Of a stretch of DNA of 42,839 bases, positions 41,501 to 42,839 are shown in pieces. A program made the position numbers and the translations under genes. How positions within the stretch are numbered: the stretch's first letter is position 1; each line of letters begins with the position of its first letter. Below the pieces are notes generated by a model. That model made no database searches, was not told the DNA's origin, and saw only the letters and a program-made list of their open reading frames with translations. The stretch is from a bacterium (GTDB lineage: Bacteria > SM23-31 > JAUVVT01), in NCBI GenBank assembly GCA_030616165.1, contig JAUWXV010000003.1, positions 1 through 42,839 of the forward strand. The letters are read 5' to 3'.

Positions 41501-42677
41501 TGCAAGGTCGGTGAAAATCATAAATCTTGAAAGTGGTTTATATTATTGGAGTGTGAAATCAATTGATAATGGATTAAAGGAATCTGAATGGGTCGGCGGT
41601 CAGTCATTTATGATTGATTTAATTAAAACAGATGTGGTTGCAAAGTATCCAGAGCAGGGAGAGATAGGTGTTTCTGTCAGTACAACTTTGAGAGCAATGT
41701 TCAATGAGGGTATTAATAAAGAACAATTTGTTTCGGAGAAATGTTTCAGGCTTTATTATAACGGAACGATGGTAGATGGTACCGTTGATTATAATATTGA
41801 TACAAAAGAAGGTATCTTCATACCTAAAGATAAACTTAATGGGAATTCACAGTATGAAGCCCGTATCACCGGTAAGGTTAAGGACATTTTTGGGAATTTA
41901 ATGGGGGCTGATATTACGTGGAAATTTAAGACTGCCGAAACCGTTCTCGCAAGTGCAGGCGGTCTTATAAAAAATAAACTCGGAAATGTTCAAATTTATT
42001 TTCCACCTAATGCTTTGGGAGCCGATGAGGAGGTTCCGATAAGTAGTTATGAACCAATAACCGTTGAACCGCCTGAAGGAGTGACATTTACTGGAATAGC
42101 GTTTTTAATTGGACCCGAAAACAGTGTCACTTTAAAAAAACCTGCTATTCTGACAATAGGATACGATAAAAATATATTTCCACCCGGGATAGATGAGAGT
42201 AAGTTAAAAATATTTGGAGCGAGTACTTCCAATCCAGATGTATTTTTCTATGATGTGCCGTTCGGTGGGACAGTGAACATAGCTGATGGTGAGATTGTTG
42301 CTCCCATACCAAAACTTGGGCTATTTGGTTTATTTGAGGATGAAAGGGAGGGATGGCTTCCACAAGGAATATCAAGGGTGAATTTTTCACCGAGAGTTTT
42401 TTCGCCTTTGGGTTCTGGTGGAATAAATCTACCCAGTCAAACAGGTATTTCATTTGTGCTTGGTGAGCCATCGAATGTTACAATAACTATTTTTTCCCCG
42501 AGTGGTAGATTTGTCAAGAGACTCGTAGACAGTGAATCCTTTAATGACGGCGACCAGGTTGTATTCTGGGATGGTAAAGACGGAAATGGATATGTATGTC
42601 CGACCGGTATCTATATAGTAAAAATTGATGGTGCCGGTTCATCAGTGCTGAAGACAGTGGCTATCTTAAATAAGTAA
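38574..42677 (+). CDS. Secreted FG-GAP/VCBS repeat protein: two propeller+FN3 units, Big_5-like Ig domain and C-terminal FlgD-Ig
   Basis: Signal peptide; about 14 WGDYDNDGD.DL repeats in two blocks, each followed by ..TY....G.TPGG..I FN3-like module; terminal FSPRVFSP...VFWDGKDGNG....GIYIV. The start may be 38598. Confidence 0.87.
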   Translation: MLKFFICYMRKNLHLQIFVFVIIILFCLPAVLYGGILRKNLSIELPGVYAGAVACGDLNKDGLPDLVIIGETKINGNLIRIAKVYQNTGSGFIEDENTITGLYFGSVALGDYDNNGYLDLAVSGIDSEDNNVLEVYKNISSKGGKIKFDLDNQQSEILSLKYQLRYSSLDWGDYNKDGLLDLAVCGMSYFGEASTMVFKNRGGLTYILEEDVSQVLLNVNKGQIRWVDYDNDGDLDLSVCGFNTLGRRAAKIFKNDPVGILRDDKDNSEVIFKLSSCYLEWGDADNDGDPDLLQSGWNDVWWAHVSLLENKLGGNLGDDILNELTYYNPELLMVGPVAWGDYDNDGDFDIAMMGTNEFSQVLAFVLKNSKGKFEIDNQQTEFTGLKNGFLKWFDYNDDGKLDLIAGGEDEYGNRKTIIYQNDETKVASKPFPPNELKPVFVTNNDVTFSWGEGDDVDYTDSRILTYNLRVGQTPGGNDIYSSEIPVGNGNVGNKLSFKLNIPLSRTTYYWSVRTVDAQYQVSEEYYPEKSFLVRRFVNSNQSITDLQQSALAWGDYNNDESPDLVVSGEDINGKSRTVLFDNENGVLKENTEIILPYFKNGSFAWGDYDNDGDLDLALSGSLEMGIISLILKNNPTGTLVSDEINSYTIENVDQSSMDWGDYDNDGDVDLVLIGVDGSGNYITKIYQNSNGTLKEDTNQNLSGYANGKVKWIDYDNDGDLDLTVIGDNLDYDSGRIYINDGSGNLTEDTASNLPAVFSSDMAWCDFDSDGDLDVVVTGWSLITDDIEIKVLINDPVGKLTVESALSSKLKGVRGGSICWGDYDNDGDADLVISGNDENNQPILEAYENRYNTFNLDYYQIFSGVQFSSISLIDIENDGDLDLVTIGAGGIGLTSFSTVYDNNESVVNPNEAPQPPSRLKYELNEDQVVLSWNRGTDLEDNGTDSLALTYVYKMGTTPGGSEITSAKFEPGFGKLGFARSVKIINLESGLYYWSVKSIDNGLKESEWVGGQSFMIDLIKTDVVAKYPEQGEIGVSVSTTLRAMFNEGINKEQFVSEKCFRLYYNGTMVDGTVDYNIDTKEGIFIPKDKLNGNSQYEARITGKVKDIFGNLMGADITWKFKTAETVLASAGGLIKNKLGNVQIYFPPNALGADEEVPISSYEPITVEPPEGVTFTGIAFLIGPENSVTLKKPAILTIGYDKNIFPPGIDESKLKIFGASTSNPDVFFYDVPFGGTVNIADGEIVAPIPKLGLFGLFEDEREGWLPQGISRVNFSPRVFSPLGSGGINLPSQTGISFVLGEPSNVTITIFSPSGRFVKRLVDSESFNDGDQVVFWDGKDGNGYVCPTGIYIVKIDGAGSSVLKTVAILNK

Positions 42678-42782
42678 TCTACTTTCTTTGTAAGATAGGA
42701 CGGCAAAAATGCTAAAAAACTTGCTTTTTAATATTTCTCCTGAGATAACTTCAATTGTAAAATATGGAATTAGGTTAATATT

Positions 42783-42810
42783 GTAGAGACATGCCATGGC
42801 ATGTCTCTAT
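42783..42810. repeat. GTAG-type REP-like perfect palindrome
   Basis: GTAGAGACATGCCATGGCATGTCTCTAT; 42784-42809 is a perfect 26-bp palindrome. Confidence 0.7.
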
Positions 42811-42839
42811 TTTTTGCCGTGTCATCTTGTAAAGAAAGT

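Noticed and set aside
38488-42689. 12-bp direct repeat TCTACTTTCTTT flanking the FG-GAP gene as a target-site duplication
   Set aside because: Short, low-complexity sequence in an AT-rich genome with no other sign of mobility.

Overview
AT-rich bacterial chromosomal window. Secreted proteins ending in a 'QNYPNPFNP' FlgD-Ig-like sorting domain suggest an FCB-group lineage such as KSB1 or Latescibacterota (inference only). Core genes are purA, polA and two tRNA-Lys genes. Accessory content includes three very large secreted repeat proteins, a Tat aldo/keto reductase, dodecin, a heparinase II/III-like lyase and a partly decayed two-component/sigma-54 cluster. The most notable part is the 14.8-21.5 kb redox locus. 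It holds a hidden Tat-type selenoprotein of the C-GCAxxG-C-C family: an in-frame UGA at the conserved Cys position is followed by a SECIS-like hairpin in the E. coli fdhF geometry, and the ORF track splits it in two. It also holds a GMC oxidoreductase, a Cys-rich Fe-S protein and several ATC-hydrolase-like paralogs that appear to have swapped or lost lipoprotein signal peptides. These genes are interspersed with three degenerate integron attC-like sites and a collapsed REP-associated transposase remnant. Other signals are a candidate attenuator in the purA leader, degenerate upstream duplicates of the 5' ends of polA and tRNA-Lys(CTT), and MITE/REP-like palindromes. All family calls come from motif recognition by eye; no searches were run.
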